A stretch of DNA of 63,887 bases, counting the filler, from Octopus bimaculoides (Eukaryota), in NCBI RefSeq assembly GCF_001194135.2. It is 9 parts of 8 records of this genome, joined end to end, with 100 filler letters (N's around TTAATTAATTAA, not from the genome) between each part and the next. Parts side by side here need not be neighbours in the genome. Positions count along the whole stretch, not along the records: positions 1 to 13,371 come from NC_068990.1; 8 more parts are not named here. One strand, given 5' to 3'. Under the pieces are notes generated by a model. That model was not told the DNA's origin. It was given only the letters and a program-made list of their open reading frames with translations, and made no database searches. The position numbers were made by a program, and so were the translations under genes. Positions 1-13,371 of this stretch are shown here, piece by piece. Position 1 is the first letter of the stretch; each line of letters starts with the position of its first letter.

Positions 1-52
<52 letters not shown>

Positions 53-60
53 ATAAGATA
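1..60. repeat. (ATAG)n microsatellite
   Basis: Direct tetranucleotide repeat at window start. Confidence 0.95.
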
Positions 61-357
61 GATATGAGAAAATAGCAAATAATGAAGAGAGAGTTTCTAA
101 CAATGATAAAAAGGAAGTTTGAGTAACTTTATATATTTCTAGTTAACACGTTTGTAGACAGTTTAGTTCTGATAATGAGCTTTTGTACCTAAAATGTGTA
201 AAGGTTCCTCAACTTTCTCTTCCCGCATTGTTAGAACTTGTCCATCTTCATCATTTGTTACTTTACTTCTGTATTACAATATTTCAACCATCAACACTCT
301 TGTTTCATAAATATACATGTAACCTCATATACATACATACATGTTGTGTTGCTGTTT

Positions 358-736
358 TTGACACTCCGTCGTTTACGACGTCGAGGTTTCCAGTTGATCC
401 GATCAACGGAACAACCTGCACGTGAAATTAATGTGCAAGTATCTGAGCACTCCATAGACACGTGTACTCTTAACGTAGTTCTCGGGGATATTCAGCGTGA
501 CACAGTATGACAAGGCTGGCATTTGAATTACAGGCACAAGAGAAACAGGAAGGAAGAGTGAGAGAAAGTTGTGGTGAAAGAGTACAGCAGGGTTCGCCAC
601 CATCCCCTGTCGGAGCCTCATGGAGTTTTAGGTGTTTTCGCTCAATAAACACTCACAGCGCCCGGTCTGGGAATCGAAACCGCGATCCTATGACCGCGAG
701 TCCGCTGCCCTAACCACTAGGCCATTGCGCCTCCAC
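358..736 (-). mobile_element. tRNA-headed SINE, family B variant (alternative body)
   Basis: Minus strand begins GTGGAGGCGCAATGGCCTAGTGGTTAG (A box) ... GGTTTCGATTCC (B box). The 3' region (ccagttgatccgatcaacggaac...gtgcaagt..ctgagcactcca) is shared with copies at 966, 31023, 35367 and 58494. Confidence 0.85.
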
Positions 737-965
737 GACATACATACATACATACATACATACATACCTTCACACACGCACACACACAGATACTAGATAT
801 ATTTGTGTATGAGTTCGTATCTTGATTTAATGGCAATTTATACTGTATTCGTACCCTAGGAATTAATCTCAGAAGCCCAATATCTGAATAACCTGTATTA
901 ATATGTATATGAGTTAAGCAGTAAACAATTATATTTCATTTCAATCGATAATATTCTTTGGCTCT

Positions 966-1273
966 GAAGGCACGTGTCTTAGTGATTAGGATATTCGGCT
1001 CACAATCGTAAAATCGTGAGTTCAATTCCAGGCGACGCAAGGCATCTTATTTCACATTGCTCCAGTCCACGCAGCTGGAAGAAAATGAGTAGTACCTGTA
1101 TTTCAAAGGCCCAGCTTTGTTGCATTCTGTTTCACGCTGAATCTGCATGAGAACTTCGTTAAAGACACACATACCTGAGGAGCGCTCAGCCATTTGCACG
1201 TTAATTTCACGAGTAGGCTGTTCCGTTGATCGGATCATCTGGAACTTTGTCGTCTTGACAGACAGAATGCCAG
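966..1273 (+). mobile_element. tRNA-headed SINE, family B (CORE-like body)
   Basis: Head with cttagtgattagg and GAGTTCAATTCC, then atttcacattgctccagtccac.cagctgg body and the shared 3' region. Confidence 0.8.
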
Positions 1274-1315
1274 CTTAAATTCGTCGGCTATGTCATTCGA
1301 AATTGTACGCTGAAT

Positions 1316-1355
1316 GAATTCTGATGAGTCATAGAAAAGCGAAACTAGTTGGTCA
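1316..1355 (+). ncRNA. degenerate minimal type I hammerhead ribozyme motif
   Basis: CTGATGA (1321-1327) + 13 nt + GAAAC-TA-GTT (palindrome AACTAGTT). Helices I and II are only partly complementary. Confidence 0.4.
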
Positions 1356-2051
1356 TATCTGTATTTTTCAAAACGAAATTTTATACATACTTGGTCATTG
1401 GATCTACGAGATATAGCGGTTAAGTCGCCCTAAAATTATTTTCTGTTGTTTATAAAGAAAAGGATGATACATTGGACATATATATATATATATACAGGAT
1501 GTGATCACCACCACTGGAATGTGATTTATAGGGAGTATCTATACATAATCACTTGAACCTCTTGAAACAACAGCGAAATCTATATTCAGATGTCATAAAA
1601 TTAGAGCTGATCTTTTGTTAAAAAATGCCTTCATGAAAAAAGGTGTCTAATTAGGGGAAAAGGCCATACATAATATTTGAGCCTACTAGAAAAAACAGGC
1701 TACTCTACTCCATATCGTGTTGAATAATTATACAATATATATTATTAAAATATATAATGGTAAAGTTCTCAGAAAATCATAGTTCTCTGCTATGTCTTTG
1801 ATCATGATTCTTGATTACGGTTAGCTTATATCTAACCAAAAACAATAACATCAGACGTAAAGTTGAGTCGTTGAAGAGACCAACCAGATATTCAAACTTT
1901 ATCTACGCCTTGTCCTATATTTATGTAGAAGAAACTTCTTATCTGAATTAACCTAACCAGTAACTATCAGACAAGCAACATATATCGGAAAGCATATTCT
2001 TGTTTATAGGTAATGTGTAAACACTATGACTACAAGAAGTGATAATCCGTT

Positions 2052-2707
2052 GTGCGCTAGGAGTGGTTCGGTGTGCTAGGAGTGGTTTGGTGTGTTAGGA
2101 GTGGTTTGGTGTGCTAGGAGTGGTTTGGTGTGCTAGGAGTGGTTTGGTGTGCTAGAAGTGGTTTGGTGAGCTAGGAGTGGTTTGGTGCGCTAGGAGTGGT
2201 TTGGTGCGCTAGGAGTGGTTTGGTGTGCTAGGAGTGGTTTGGTGTGCTAGGAGTGGTTTGGTGTGCTAGGAGTGGTTTGGTGTGCTANNNNNNNNNNNNN
2301 NNNNNNNNNNNNNNNNNNNNNNNNNNNNNNNNNNNNNNNNNNNNNNNNNNNNNNNNNNNNNNNNNNNNNNNNNNNNNNNNNNNNNNNNNNNNNNNNNNNN
2401 NNNNNNNNNNNNNNNNNNNNNNNNNNNNNNNNNNNNNNNNNNNNNNNNNNNNNNNNNNNNNNNNNNNNNNNNNNNNNNNNNNNNNNNNNNNNNNNNNNNN
2501 NNNNNNNNNNNNNNNNNNNNNNNNNNNNNNGGTGTGCTAGGAGTGGTTCGGTGTGCTAGGAGTGGTTCGGTGTGCTAGGAGTGGTTCGGTGTGCTAGGAG
2601 TGGTTCGGTGTGCTAGGAGTGGTTTGGTGTGCTAGGAGTGGTTTGATGTGCTAGGATTGGTTTGGTGTGCTAGGAGTGGTTTGGTGTGCTAGGAGTGGTT
2701 CGGTGTG
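2052..2707. repeat. 19-bp minisatellite (GTGTGCTAGGAGTGGTTTG)n spanning an N gap
   Basis: About 12 units before and 9 after the gap at 2288-2530. Units vary at few positions (TTTG/TTCG, GTGT/GTGC). Confidence 0.95.
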
Positions 2708-4583
2708 TGGTGGCAGTGGTTCATAGAATGGTAAAAGTAGTCTGTAATGAGGATCTAGAGTACGGTAGAAGCGACCTATTGGGTTCTAGATGTGAGAGAT
2801 ATGGTATATGACATCTGTTGTATGACAGAAAAGATCAGCTGTGTGGTCCAATTCAGGGGACCTTAACCATTGGAACGCGGATCCGCACCAGGCCTTGGAC
2901 CATTTGATACGGGGCCGCACAGAATGAAGTTTAAAATTCAATTTCCATTTTATAGATTATCGCAGTTTGCAGGGTGTTTTTGCCTCATATATGAATTATA
3001 TATGTAATAAATAAATTATATATTATGCATCTCATTTTGCTTTGCTATGCGTGTGATACCACGGTTAGTGAAAAACCTATCTTGCATGAGACAGATCCTT
3101 GGTACTAAAAAAGAAAAAAAAAATTTTGAGGGCTTCGGATCGAAAGTAGTTTATGGTGTAATAGATATAGCTTATAATATAGTAGAAATAGATTGCGGTT
3201 TAATATAAATGGTTCGTGGGGCGAAAATAATGCATTGTACATTGTTGTGCGGTATAGTAGAATGGTCTGTGGTGGGTAAAAGTAGCCTGTGATGTAGTGG
3301 CAGTGGTCTATGCAAAGGTAGCAGGGTCTATGATAAAAAGTAGCCTGTAATAAGGTAGCAATGATAGAGGATGATATATATGTGGCCTGCGGTTGGTGTT
3401 GTATGTTATTATGTAGTATAGCAATATATTATATAGAGGAGTTTCATAAATGAAGAAAATGTTAATCTATATACCACACCAGAAATTCTCACAATATTCT
3501 AAAATTGGCATGTGTCGGATAATTTCTTTTATTTTTGTTTATTTAGTAGCTTAGTCCTTCCGTCTGGCACAATGTGGAGATAGGTAGGAAAAATTGTTGC
3601 TGCTGCTGCTACTGCGTCTGAAATGGTAATAAAATCTACAATATTCTGACATCTTCATGTGTCTTCTTAAACCTGTTTCTACCCCCCAAAATATGTTAAC
3701 TTAAACCGATCACACGTACCCCCTGCCCTTAAAAGCAGCTGCTTCAATTTTGGTATTTTCTTTACTTTATTTTAGGCGTCTCACCCACCCAACATCACCA
3801 CGCACACATATATACGAACGAGCGCACGCGCACACACACACACACACACACATATACTTGGAGGTACTCATACATACGCATACATACTATGCAATATATA
3901 CATACGCATAGCATTCACAATTATTTTCTTTTCATGCTTTCTAAACACACTCACTCTTTCCACTATTTTCCATTTTATCACTCCTCTAACACCCCTCTTT
4001 TTTATCTTACACACACACACACATAGCATTATGTATATAGGCAGGTATATTACATATATATATATATATATATACATACACATAGACACACACATATGTA
4101 TATGTATGTACATACCTATCCATAAATGCATGTGTTTGTTGGTATGTTTGGCTGTGTAGGCGATTATTTGTTAGTTTGTCATAAATATATTGTTTCTTGC
4201 TCACTTTCTTTCGAGAAAAAATTTATAATTTGCCCCTCTGTAACTGTTTTAGTTGGGCGTTTTTGTAACCTATTATGCAGACACGCACTGATATGTGTGC
4301 GTGTGTGTATGTGTTCGTGCGTGTGTGAGTGCTTGTGTGTTTGCGTGTGTGTATGTCTGTATATGTATACATACATGCACTCATATACGCTAATATATAT
4401 ATGAATATAAAAAGAGAGGGAGAGAAAGAGACGGCCAGACAGACAGATAGATAGACATTGACAGAGAAAGTAGATACAGACATAGAGAGATATATATTTG
4501 TATATGTATACAAATATGCAAATCTACGTATTTATATATAGACCATTATGCCTACTACACATACATATACGCATATGTGTATA

Positions 4584-4616
<33 letters not shown>

Positions 4617-5211
4617 GTATTTGCATATACGTATATATTTATACATATATAAAGGCATACATACATACTTGTAATCCACGATGAATATTTACTTATCCCA
4701 CGCACTGGTGCTATAAACTGTTTGACCTTTCCAGATCAGAATTAATCAACAACAGGATCCCCTGTTAGCTGATACCACTGATTTCAGGAGAGGATGGGAT
4801 GTGTGAATGGATGTTGTGATATTCATACATGTACCAAGCCAAATACTGTAATAAGGGAGATAACTGAGATGAAGTAATCTGAAGTAGATCGAGTGATGAT
4901 ACTTATTTCTTGTATTCTATTATTGTTCTGGAATACGCTTGGGGATGTGAATTTGGGATGTTGTTTCAGTTCTCATGAAGTGTCGAACTGTGCCTCTAGA
5001 AATTCTGAATTTAAACCCCGCAGAAGTTAGACTTCTTTCTCATTCTACCGAGGTAGATAATTTTCACCATCGNNNNNNNNNNNNNNNNNNNNNNNNNNNN
5101 NNNNNNNNNNNNNNNNNNNNNNNNNNNNNNNNNNNNNNNNNNNNNNNNNNNNNNNNNNNNNNNNNNNNNNNNNNNNNNNNNNNNNNNNNNNNNNNNNNNN
5201 NNNNNNNNNNN

Positions 5212-5266
<55 letters not shown>

Positions 5267-5680
5267 TTTCATCGCCTGACCGGGCGACTTACCCAGACCA
5301 ATGCAACTCTTTCACACCTGATGTCTCGACCGAAAGATGTGACATAAATGTCTGGCTTGGGTTTTAGTCACACCAGTCTTTTCATAGCTGAGCTATCGCA
5401 TCTGTGCATCCCACACCGACAGTTGTACTTTACAGTAAAGAAATATACTTGGTATTAACTACTGTACCCTCATTGTGTCCCGCTCGCAAACATATTCCAT
5501 CACCTTTAGCGAGATATCGACTTTCATTTACAGCTTCCCGAGGTTTATGAAATAAAGTACAAAAACGTATATTGTAGTACACATAATCAATTCTACAATT
5601 CTCACCAGAATTTCGGGCCTTTTGCCAATGTAAATAATTGCTGTTATTAAAAATTTTAAATACTCTTGAATAAGACAATA
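5212..5680 (-). mobile_element. possible highly decayed RTE-like LINE 3' end with (GAT)n tail
   Basis: Minus frame LRAGH...KDWCD with stops loosely resembles an RTE C-terminus, followed by a tcgcc/ggcga hairpin and a (TGA)n tail. Weak similarity. Confidence 0.3.
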
Positions 5681-7589
5681 AGTGTTTTCATATTCCGACT
5701 GAAAGTTTTTCTTGTTTGTCTTTCTTTGATATCAACGAAGTTTACGTTGCAACTGTAGCTCATCTTAACGTTGTTTTCGTTGAAGACCTTAGGATATTAT
5801 TATATACGACGTCTAAGAAGATACTGTACATGATCGAACGAAGATTAATGCTATAAGGAAGATTGAATCATATAAATGATGATTGGACAGAATATTTTAA
5901 GTTAATCGTTACTTCAATTTACATTCTAAGTTCCTGCCCGATGTCGAATCTGCTGTTAGACATTCCAATATCAATAAAATATGTATCATAGTAATTACTG
6001 GAATCGATAAAACCTGACAAAAACTTCAAGTTTTGTGGGACGTATCAAACGGCTTAATCCATTACCTACCAGTGATCTCATATGAGATCACTTAAAAATT
6101 ACAAATTTCGTAATTATCTGTCAATATTCACACATATCTAACCTTTTTGCTATGTCTACTAAGTATACTTCTTTGATATTCAAATGAGGTTTGCTAATTT
6201 TTCACCCAATATCTCGCTTATTTCTATTTAAAATGTTATTTTGAAATGTTATTTTGAAATGTTATTTTGATCATTCCAGTGTGTTTCTAAGGCTGTTTTA
6301 TGCTAGAAATCAAAGTTTCATTAAAAAATTCCAGTTAATAGAATTATGGGAGGTAATGGGTTAAACGAGTGTTTGTATGTTTCTGTCATAATATGTAAGT
6401 CATTATGTATCAATACAGTTGCTCAAATTTGTCTCTCTCCTTTCAGTTTCCTGAAAAAAGCTTACAGTATAAACACCACCATCACCAGCGCCACTCATAT
6501 CAACACTGCTTAAAAAGCCAAAGAGCGAATGTTAAGCAGTCACTATATCTGCAAGGAATATCATCTGAATTGCTATCAATTCACATCCTACGACCTGGAT
6601 AATAAAATGTCTGATAGATTGTGGTTATGACATAAATTTTATAGTTGGTCCCAATTTGAATGTTTTCGATAAGAAGTCTATTTGGTCAGAGTCCGAGTAT
6701 GTTACATCAGCAACAACAAGAACAACATTAGCAAGAACAACAGTAGCAGCAACTTCGTGCCACCAGCATACCATCAACCACATTTACACTAATAGAACTG
6801 CAAACACCACCTCAACCAACTTTATGATAACTATCCACACCACCACTGACAGCATTACGACTATCACCACTTACAACAATAACAACAATAACAACGCGAA
6901 AGTCACCACAGTTACCGCCATCACCTGCAGGTGACGCAGGTTTAAACAAGCGTAGAAGACGAAGAAGAAAAAAACGAGGAGGAGAAGGTGAAAAAGGAGG
7001 ACGTTGAAAGGTGAGGTGGTGTATAAGTAGAAAATGATCATGACAGCAACGGCGAGGAATTAATAGAGACAGGAGTGCCACAAGTCGATATTTGAGATAT
7101 GTTTATAGGAAGAAATTCCTTAAACATTAGATTCGTAACAACAACTATGATAGCAACAACGAGAAATGTTAAGTAGTAACTAATGAAGAAGGAACGGTGA
7201 GGAGGAGGAGGAGGAGTTTGTTGTATATAAAATAAATGCAACAAAGTTTTTTCAGGCGATAAGAACGAACAGGTAGAGATGATCATCACTGTGATTGTCT
7301 TTTTCGTCAACATCGTAATCAGGTAAATCAAAATCAGCGTCGTCGTCATCGTCGTCGTCGTCGTCATCCTCATCACTATAAGCGCCATAATCGTCGTCAA
7401 CAATAGCATTATCATTATCATTATCAAAAAGGTAATCGCTTTTAACGCAATCTAATTATGTCTTATTCCCTGATGACTAAGTTCGGGTAAGAGGGCTATA
7501 CTTCCGGTGATGAGCTTCAGCAAAGGAAACATAAGAGTCGATTTCCTTTACATGCATATGTGTGTGAGAGAGCTATATATATACATATA

Positions 7590-7666
<77 letters not shown>

Positions 7667-7978
7667 GTACATTCAGACACGCAAACATACATACATGCAA
7701 TCACAGACGCACACAATCATTAATAACAACACCAATAATAGTACTAATAATTACCACCGGCATTTTACTTTTATCCCTAAAATAAATATACTTTTACATT
7801 TCAATGTTTACATCATTAAATATGATACTACCTCTTAGCACTCTACCTTATATAAAACAACATGGCAGAATTTTTCTGTTGGACTTTTTTTTTAATATAA
7901 TTACATTCATGTAACGTGTGTGTGTTTTGCCGTTTTGCCATATTGATGATGATGATGACGACAACGACGATGATGATA

Positions 7979-8193
7979 ATCCTTTCTACAATAGACACAA
8001 GGTCTGAAATTCTCGGGGTGAGGATAGGCGATTACATCGACCCCAGTGTTTCACTGGTACTTAATTTATCGACCCCGAAAGGATAACAGGCAAAGTCAAC
8101 CCCGATGGAGCTTGAACTCAGAACGTAGCGACTGGCGAAATACTGCTAAGCATTTCGTCCAGCGTGTTAATGATTCTGCCAGCTCGCCGCCTT
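7979..8193 (-). mobile_element. SINE family C (tRNA-like head + Deu/Nin-like domain)
   Basis: Minus strand: ggcggcgagctggcagaat...ctgagttcaa...gttgactttgcc..tatcctttcggggtcgataaattaagtaccag. The central block resembles the Deu/Nin SINE domain as recalled. Many copies in the window. Confidence 0.8.
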
Positions 8194-8218
8194 GACGACG
8201 ACGCCGACGACGATAATA

Positions 8219-8412
8219 ATTGAAATATTGTGAGAGGGATCTAGTCGATTAGATCGATCCCAATACTCGTACTTATTTCATTGATTATCGAATGGATGAA
8301 AAGGTGAAATCGACCTCACAGGAATTTGAACTCAGAATGTTGTAAAGAAGGACGAAATACTTCTTGGCATTTTGTTCGGCGTGCTGACGATTCCGACATC
8401 TAAACTGCCTTA
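8219..8412 (-). mobile_element. SINE family C, diverged copy
   Basis: gatgaaaaggtgaaatcgacctc..gaatttgaactcagaa matches the family C core. Confidence 0.7.
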
Positions 8413-8419
8413 GACGATG

Positions 8420-8473
8420 ACAATAATAATGATAAGGGTTACGACGATTACGATGATGATGATGATGATGATT

Positions 8474-8515
<42 letters not shown>

Positions 8516-8685
8516 GTGATGGTGATGATGATGGTGATGATGATGAAGATGATGATGATGATGGTAATGATGATGAAGTTGATGATGATGGTGGTGATAG
8601 TAATGATGGGGTGACGCCGACGACAACGACGACGACGACGATGACGACGACGATGATGACGATGATGATGGTGATGATGATGATT
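8420..8685. repeat. (GAT)n/(GAC)n trinucleotide microsatellite
   Basis: Direct repeat; source of the poly-H/M/I ORFs in the track. Confidence 0.95.
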
Positions 8686-9913
8686 ACACTCCACTTCATA
8701 CTCTACTTGATCTTATCCCATAACCTCAATACGTTGTTTTTGTAGGTTTTTCTTTTTGATTTTTTCATATTTTGGCTTTTTATGTCTACAAAAAAATATT
8801 TTGCATTCCCTCTTGTCCCCACCCACGCCCCTCTCTTCTTTATATCCCATTTAACATTATTATTACTGTTGCTATCGCTGTTCTCATTGCTGTTTTTGTT
8901 CCTGTTGTCACGAATTTAGTGTCGTTTCTGCTATTCTTTCCTCCCACCGCCTCGAACATCCTACAAGCCTTCTACTTTTCCCTATTAATTTTCTACTTAT
9001 TCTCTACTCCTTCTCTTTCCTCTTCTTCCTCCTGTGCCCTATCTCTCTTCCCCCCTCCCCCCCCACACTCCTTCTCTTCCTCCTACTCTTCTCCGTCTCT
9101 GAACTTCCATGTTTTGATCAATGGAAAACAACTTTAATTTCGTGGGAACGTAAAATGTCTTACATGGACAAACGGGTCCATATTGAACTGGAACAGAGGA
9201 GGTCTATAGTGACGGTGGTAAGGATGGTGGTGGAGGTTGTAGACGGGGTAGGAATTGCTGAGGAGGAGGTAGTGGTGGGTTGGCGGCATTCGTATAGTAA
9301 TAGTAGTTATTTGTGTGGGTTGTAGTAACAGTGGGGCTAACAGTGGTGGTAGTGAAGGTGGCATTGTTGATGTTAGTGATAAAGGTGGAAATGAGGGATA
9401 GGAGAGACATAGGCAGTGGATGGTGCTACTGCTGCTGCTGCTGCTGCTGCTTCGGCAGCGGCGGCGGTAGTGGTGGTGGTGATAATGATGATGATAGTGC
9501 TGATGTTTTGGAACTTATATATCTATAGATAGATAAACAGGAAACCTTATAGATATATAAACGCTGACATACATACATACACATGCGCATACTCCTAGAC
9601 TCATATACATACACACACACGTATACACATATACTGGAATGCTTACAACACCACTAGTTATTTCAAATGGGCTGGTGATCCCTATGTGTAGAACGTTTTT
9701 CATTATATTCCAAGTTATAATTTCTTACATAGACAAAAGGTGACAGGGACGATAATCATTAAAGACAAATTTAAACTCTCAATACATACATAACTGCTAC
9801 ATAATTTTATCAACTTTGAATGGTTAAAAAACAAAATCGATCTCAGTGAGGTTTCAATTCATTAGATGAATTCATGTACTTGCAATAGCAATGCTACATC
9901 TCTGCTGCTGATG

Positions 9914-9946
<33 letters not shown>

Positions 9947-9948
<2 letters not shown>

Positions 9949-10775
9949 TCCTTTCTATTATAAGCACAAGGCCCGAGGTTTTGGAGGAGGGGACTGGTCG
10001 ATTACATTGACCCCAGAATTTCCCTGGTACTTAATCTATCGACCCCGAGAAGATGAAAGGTAAAGTCGACCTCGGCGGAATTTGAACTCAGAACGAAGCG
10101 ACGGGCGAAATACCGCTAAGCATTTCGTGCAACGTGCTAACAACTCTGCCAGCTCCAATTTTGTCATAAGAGCAGCAACTTTGGGGATGCGATGAGTCAA
10201 TTACATCGACCCCCAGTTTTCAACTGATACTTATTTTATTGACCCCCGAAAGCATGAAAGGTAAAGTCAACCTCGGTGGAATTTGAACTCAGAACGTAAA
10301 GACAGGCGAACTAATTATTTGAAACTTTTGCCACGAGGGTAACTTGGGGGCGGTGGGGATTAGTTGATCACATCAACCCGAGNNNNNNNNNNNNNNNNNN
10401 NNNNNNNNNNNNNNNNNNNNNNNNNNNNNNNNNNNNNNNNNNNNNNNNNNNNNNNNNNNNNNNNNNNNNNNNNNNNNNNNNNNNNNNNNNNNNNNNNNNN
10501 NNNNNNNNNNNNNNNNNNNNNNNNNNNNNNNNNNNNNNNNNNNNNNNNNNNNNNNNNNNNNNNNNNNNNNNNNNNNNNNNNNNNNNNNNNNNNNNNNNNN
10601 NNNNNNNNNNNNNNNNNNNNNNNNNNNNGTTCAACTGGTACTTTTAATTTATTTACCCCCGAAAGGATAAAAGGCAAAGTCGTCCACGTCGGTATTTGAA
10701 CTCAGAACGTAGTGACGGGCGAAATAACACTAAGCGTTTCGTCTAGCGTGCTAACGATTCTGCTAGCTCGCTGCC

Positions 10776-10855
<80 letters not shown>

Positions 10856-10935
10856 TAATTTTTGTCACAAGACCAGAAATTTCGTAGGGTGGAGGTGGTA
10901 AATCATTAAATTGACCCCAGTACTCAACTGGTACA
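9947..10935 (-). mobile_element. tandem cluster of about 4 family C SINE copies/fragments
   Basis: Family C core at about 9947-10155, 10157-10310, 10322-10775 (gap inside) and 10856-10935, bounded by or separated by (TAA)n. Confidence 0.8.
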
Positions 10936-11348
10936 GCTTTCATAGTCACAGAATTAACTCGTACAGGTTTTAGCGAATAGAAGCGTCTTCCCATTTGCTG
11001 CTCCAAAGTGCACCGAAAATATTCGATTATTTTGAGATACGACGGAGGTGGGTGCAATTCAAAGGGTCAACATTACGTTAAGGTGGCCTACGTTTGTTCC
11101 GTAAATTTTGCTACCCCTTTAGAAAATATAAACACTTTTCTCTTTTCCACTATGTGATTGTAAAAATCCTTATATTTGCATCCTCAACTGTATATGCCTT
11201 GCTAAAGAATTAGAATTCCAAGTTCAGCTCTCTCTCTTTCTCTTCCTACCAGATGACAATGAAAGGAAGAGATATATAAACAGAAGGGATAATTTTTCAT
11301 AGCATGTATGTTCGTATGTATGTATATATGTTACGAGAACTATTTTAT

Positions 11349-11443
11349 ATACATACATACATACAAACATACATACATACATACATACATACATACATAC
11401 AGACAGACAGACAGACAGACAGAAGACAGACAGACAGATAGAC

Positions 11444-11486
<43 letters not shown>

Positions 11487-11490
11487 ATGA
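11349..11490. repeat. compound (TACA)n-(GACA)n-(GATA)n microsatellite
   Basis: Direct repeats. Confidence 0.95.
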
Positions 11491-11567
11491 AAAGAGGGAG
11501 ACAGNNNNNNNNNNNNNNNNNNNNNNNNNNNNNNNNNNNNNNNNNNNNNNNNNNNNNNNNNNNNNNN

Positions 11568-12750
11568 ATTTTTATGCATTTTTGTACATTTAAACTAATT
11601 AAATATTATTTTACAGAGTAATAGAATTAAAATTTCTTTCATTATAACCCTTTCTAACATGGAAGTATCCAAAGAGCATTTAAGGCACATAATGCTTTAT
11701 GAGTACAAAAAAGGAATCTCTGCGAAGCGACTCGAAACATACACTCAGTTTATGGGAAAGAATGCTTGAATGAAAGAACTTGCAGAAGATGGTTTGTAAA
11801 ATTCAGAAGTGGAGATTTCAGCCTTGAAGATGAAGATCGAACAGGACGTCCAGTTGAGTTTGATGATAAACTCTTTGAGGCATTACTTGAAGAAAATCCT
11901 GCATTATCAGTTGAAGAATTGGAAATAAAAGCTTAGTTCAAACCATACAACTGTTCATCGTCATCTCCAACACCTTGGAAAGGTTCCTAAACTTGAAAAA
12001 TGGGTGCCTCATGAATTGTTCGAAAGCAACTGCAAATCCCGAGTTGACATCTGCTCTACTCTCCATTCTCGCGAACTCACGTCACCCTTTTTGGATAGAC
12101 TTGTGACTGATGACGAAAAATGGATCTTCTATCGAAATGTTAAACGTCGTAAATAGTGGCTTGGTAAAAGGAAAAGGCTCAACCACAACCGTGAAGGGAA
12201 AAAAGGTTCTTTTCTCTATCTGGAGGGATTGTAAAGGAGTAATTTACTTTGAATTGTTACCACCTAATGCAACAATCAATGATCAAGTCTACTGTCAGCA
12301 ATTAGAGCGTTTGAACCAAGTTTTGAAGAAAAAAAGACCCGCTTTAGTGAATCGAAAAGGAGTGATGTTTCATCAAGACAATGCGCGATCCCACACTGCA
12401 AAGATCACATCACAGAAGATCGAAGAGCCTGGTTTGGAAAAAATTACTCATCCACCTTATTCTCCCGACCTTGCTCCTTTAGACTACCATTTGTTTCGTA
12501 GTTTACAGACTCATTTGGGGAACATAACTTTCGCAAGCCAGGAGGAGGTCGAAACTGACATTTCAGAGTTCTTCGCTTTGAAACCAAAAGAGTTTTACAT
12601 TGATGGGATTGAAAAGTTTGTAAATCGATGGAAGGAAGTCATAGATAATTGATGATTAAATTTCAATTAAATATAAATTTCAATTAAATATAACATTTGA
12701 TCACTTGTTTTCTTTATTCAAAATTTGGACAGAACTTATGGGATGACCTG
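11568..12750 (+). mobile_element. degenerate mariner (DD34D) transposon
   Basis: ATG 11659 MEVSKEHLRHIMLYEYKKG; KWVPHEL; LVTDDEKWIFY; HQDNARSH; HPPYSPDLAPLDYHLF; stop about 12652. Frameshifts and stops present. 3' TIR-like cagaacttatgggatgacct at about 12730-12750; the 5' TIR probably lies in the N gap. Confidence 0.92.
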
Positions 12751-12773
12751 AAAGTAGTAGTAGCAGCAGCAGC

Positions 12774-12828
<55 letters not shown>

Positions 12829-12873
12829 CGATATATATATATATATATATATATGGCTTGATAAAGATTAGAA

Positions 12874-13256
12874 TGGAAATAACACAGAAGTAAGTCTAAG
12901 ACATTTCAATTTGAGACAGAATTTAATAAAAATGATTTTAAAGATTATATAAAGAAAATATTACCGGTTCCGATGTATCTCATCTTATCAAATATCAATA
13001 AAAAATTTATAAAAATTTCAAGTTAAAACAGTTTATCTTCTGTCTGGAGGTCAAAAACATGTCAAGATATGTTCTTGACCACCAGACAGAAGATACACTG
13101 TTTTTACTTCAAATTTTCTTGAATTTTTTTACTGATATTTCATAAGATGAGATACATCGGAACCGGTAATATTTTCTTTGCATAAGTTTTAAAATCATTT
13201 TTATTAAATTCCCACTTAAATCAAAATGACTTAGACTTACTTCTATACGATTTCCA
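12874..13256. repeat. about 380-bp fold-back palindrome (MITE-like)
   Basis: Arms of about 190 bp (ggaaat...gaagtaagtctaag...aaagaaaatattaccggttccgatgtatctcatcttat...cttctgtctgg) are reverse complements around a centre at about 13065. Confidence 0.9.
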
Positions 13257-13340
13257 CCTCCATCTTTTATACATACATACATACATACATACATACATAC
13301 ATACATACATACATACATACATACATACATACATACATAC

Positions 13341-13371
<31 letters not shown>

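Noticed and set aside
2052-2707. 19-bp repeat as a CRISPR array or telomere
   Set aside because: Units are contiguous with no unique spacers, there are no cas genes, and the unit is not TTAGGG.
5312-5342. CTGATG-TCTCGACC-GAAA hammerhead-like string
   Set aside because: The core reads CUGAUGU, helix II is incomplete and no helix III/UH follows. The region is better explained as a decayed LINE 3' end.
7038-9703. Poly-His, Met, Ile, Ser and similar low-complexity ORFs
   Set aside because: They are translations of tri- and dinucleotide microsatellites.
12110-12652. 180-aa ORF as an intact or domesticated transposase (SETMAR-like)
   Set aside because: It is only the C-terminal part. The upstream region has frameshifts and stops, and no SET domain is present.
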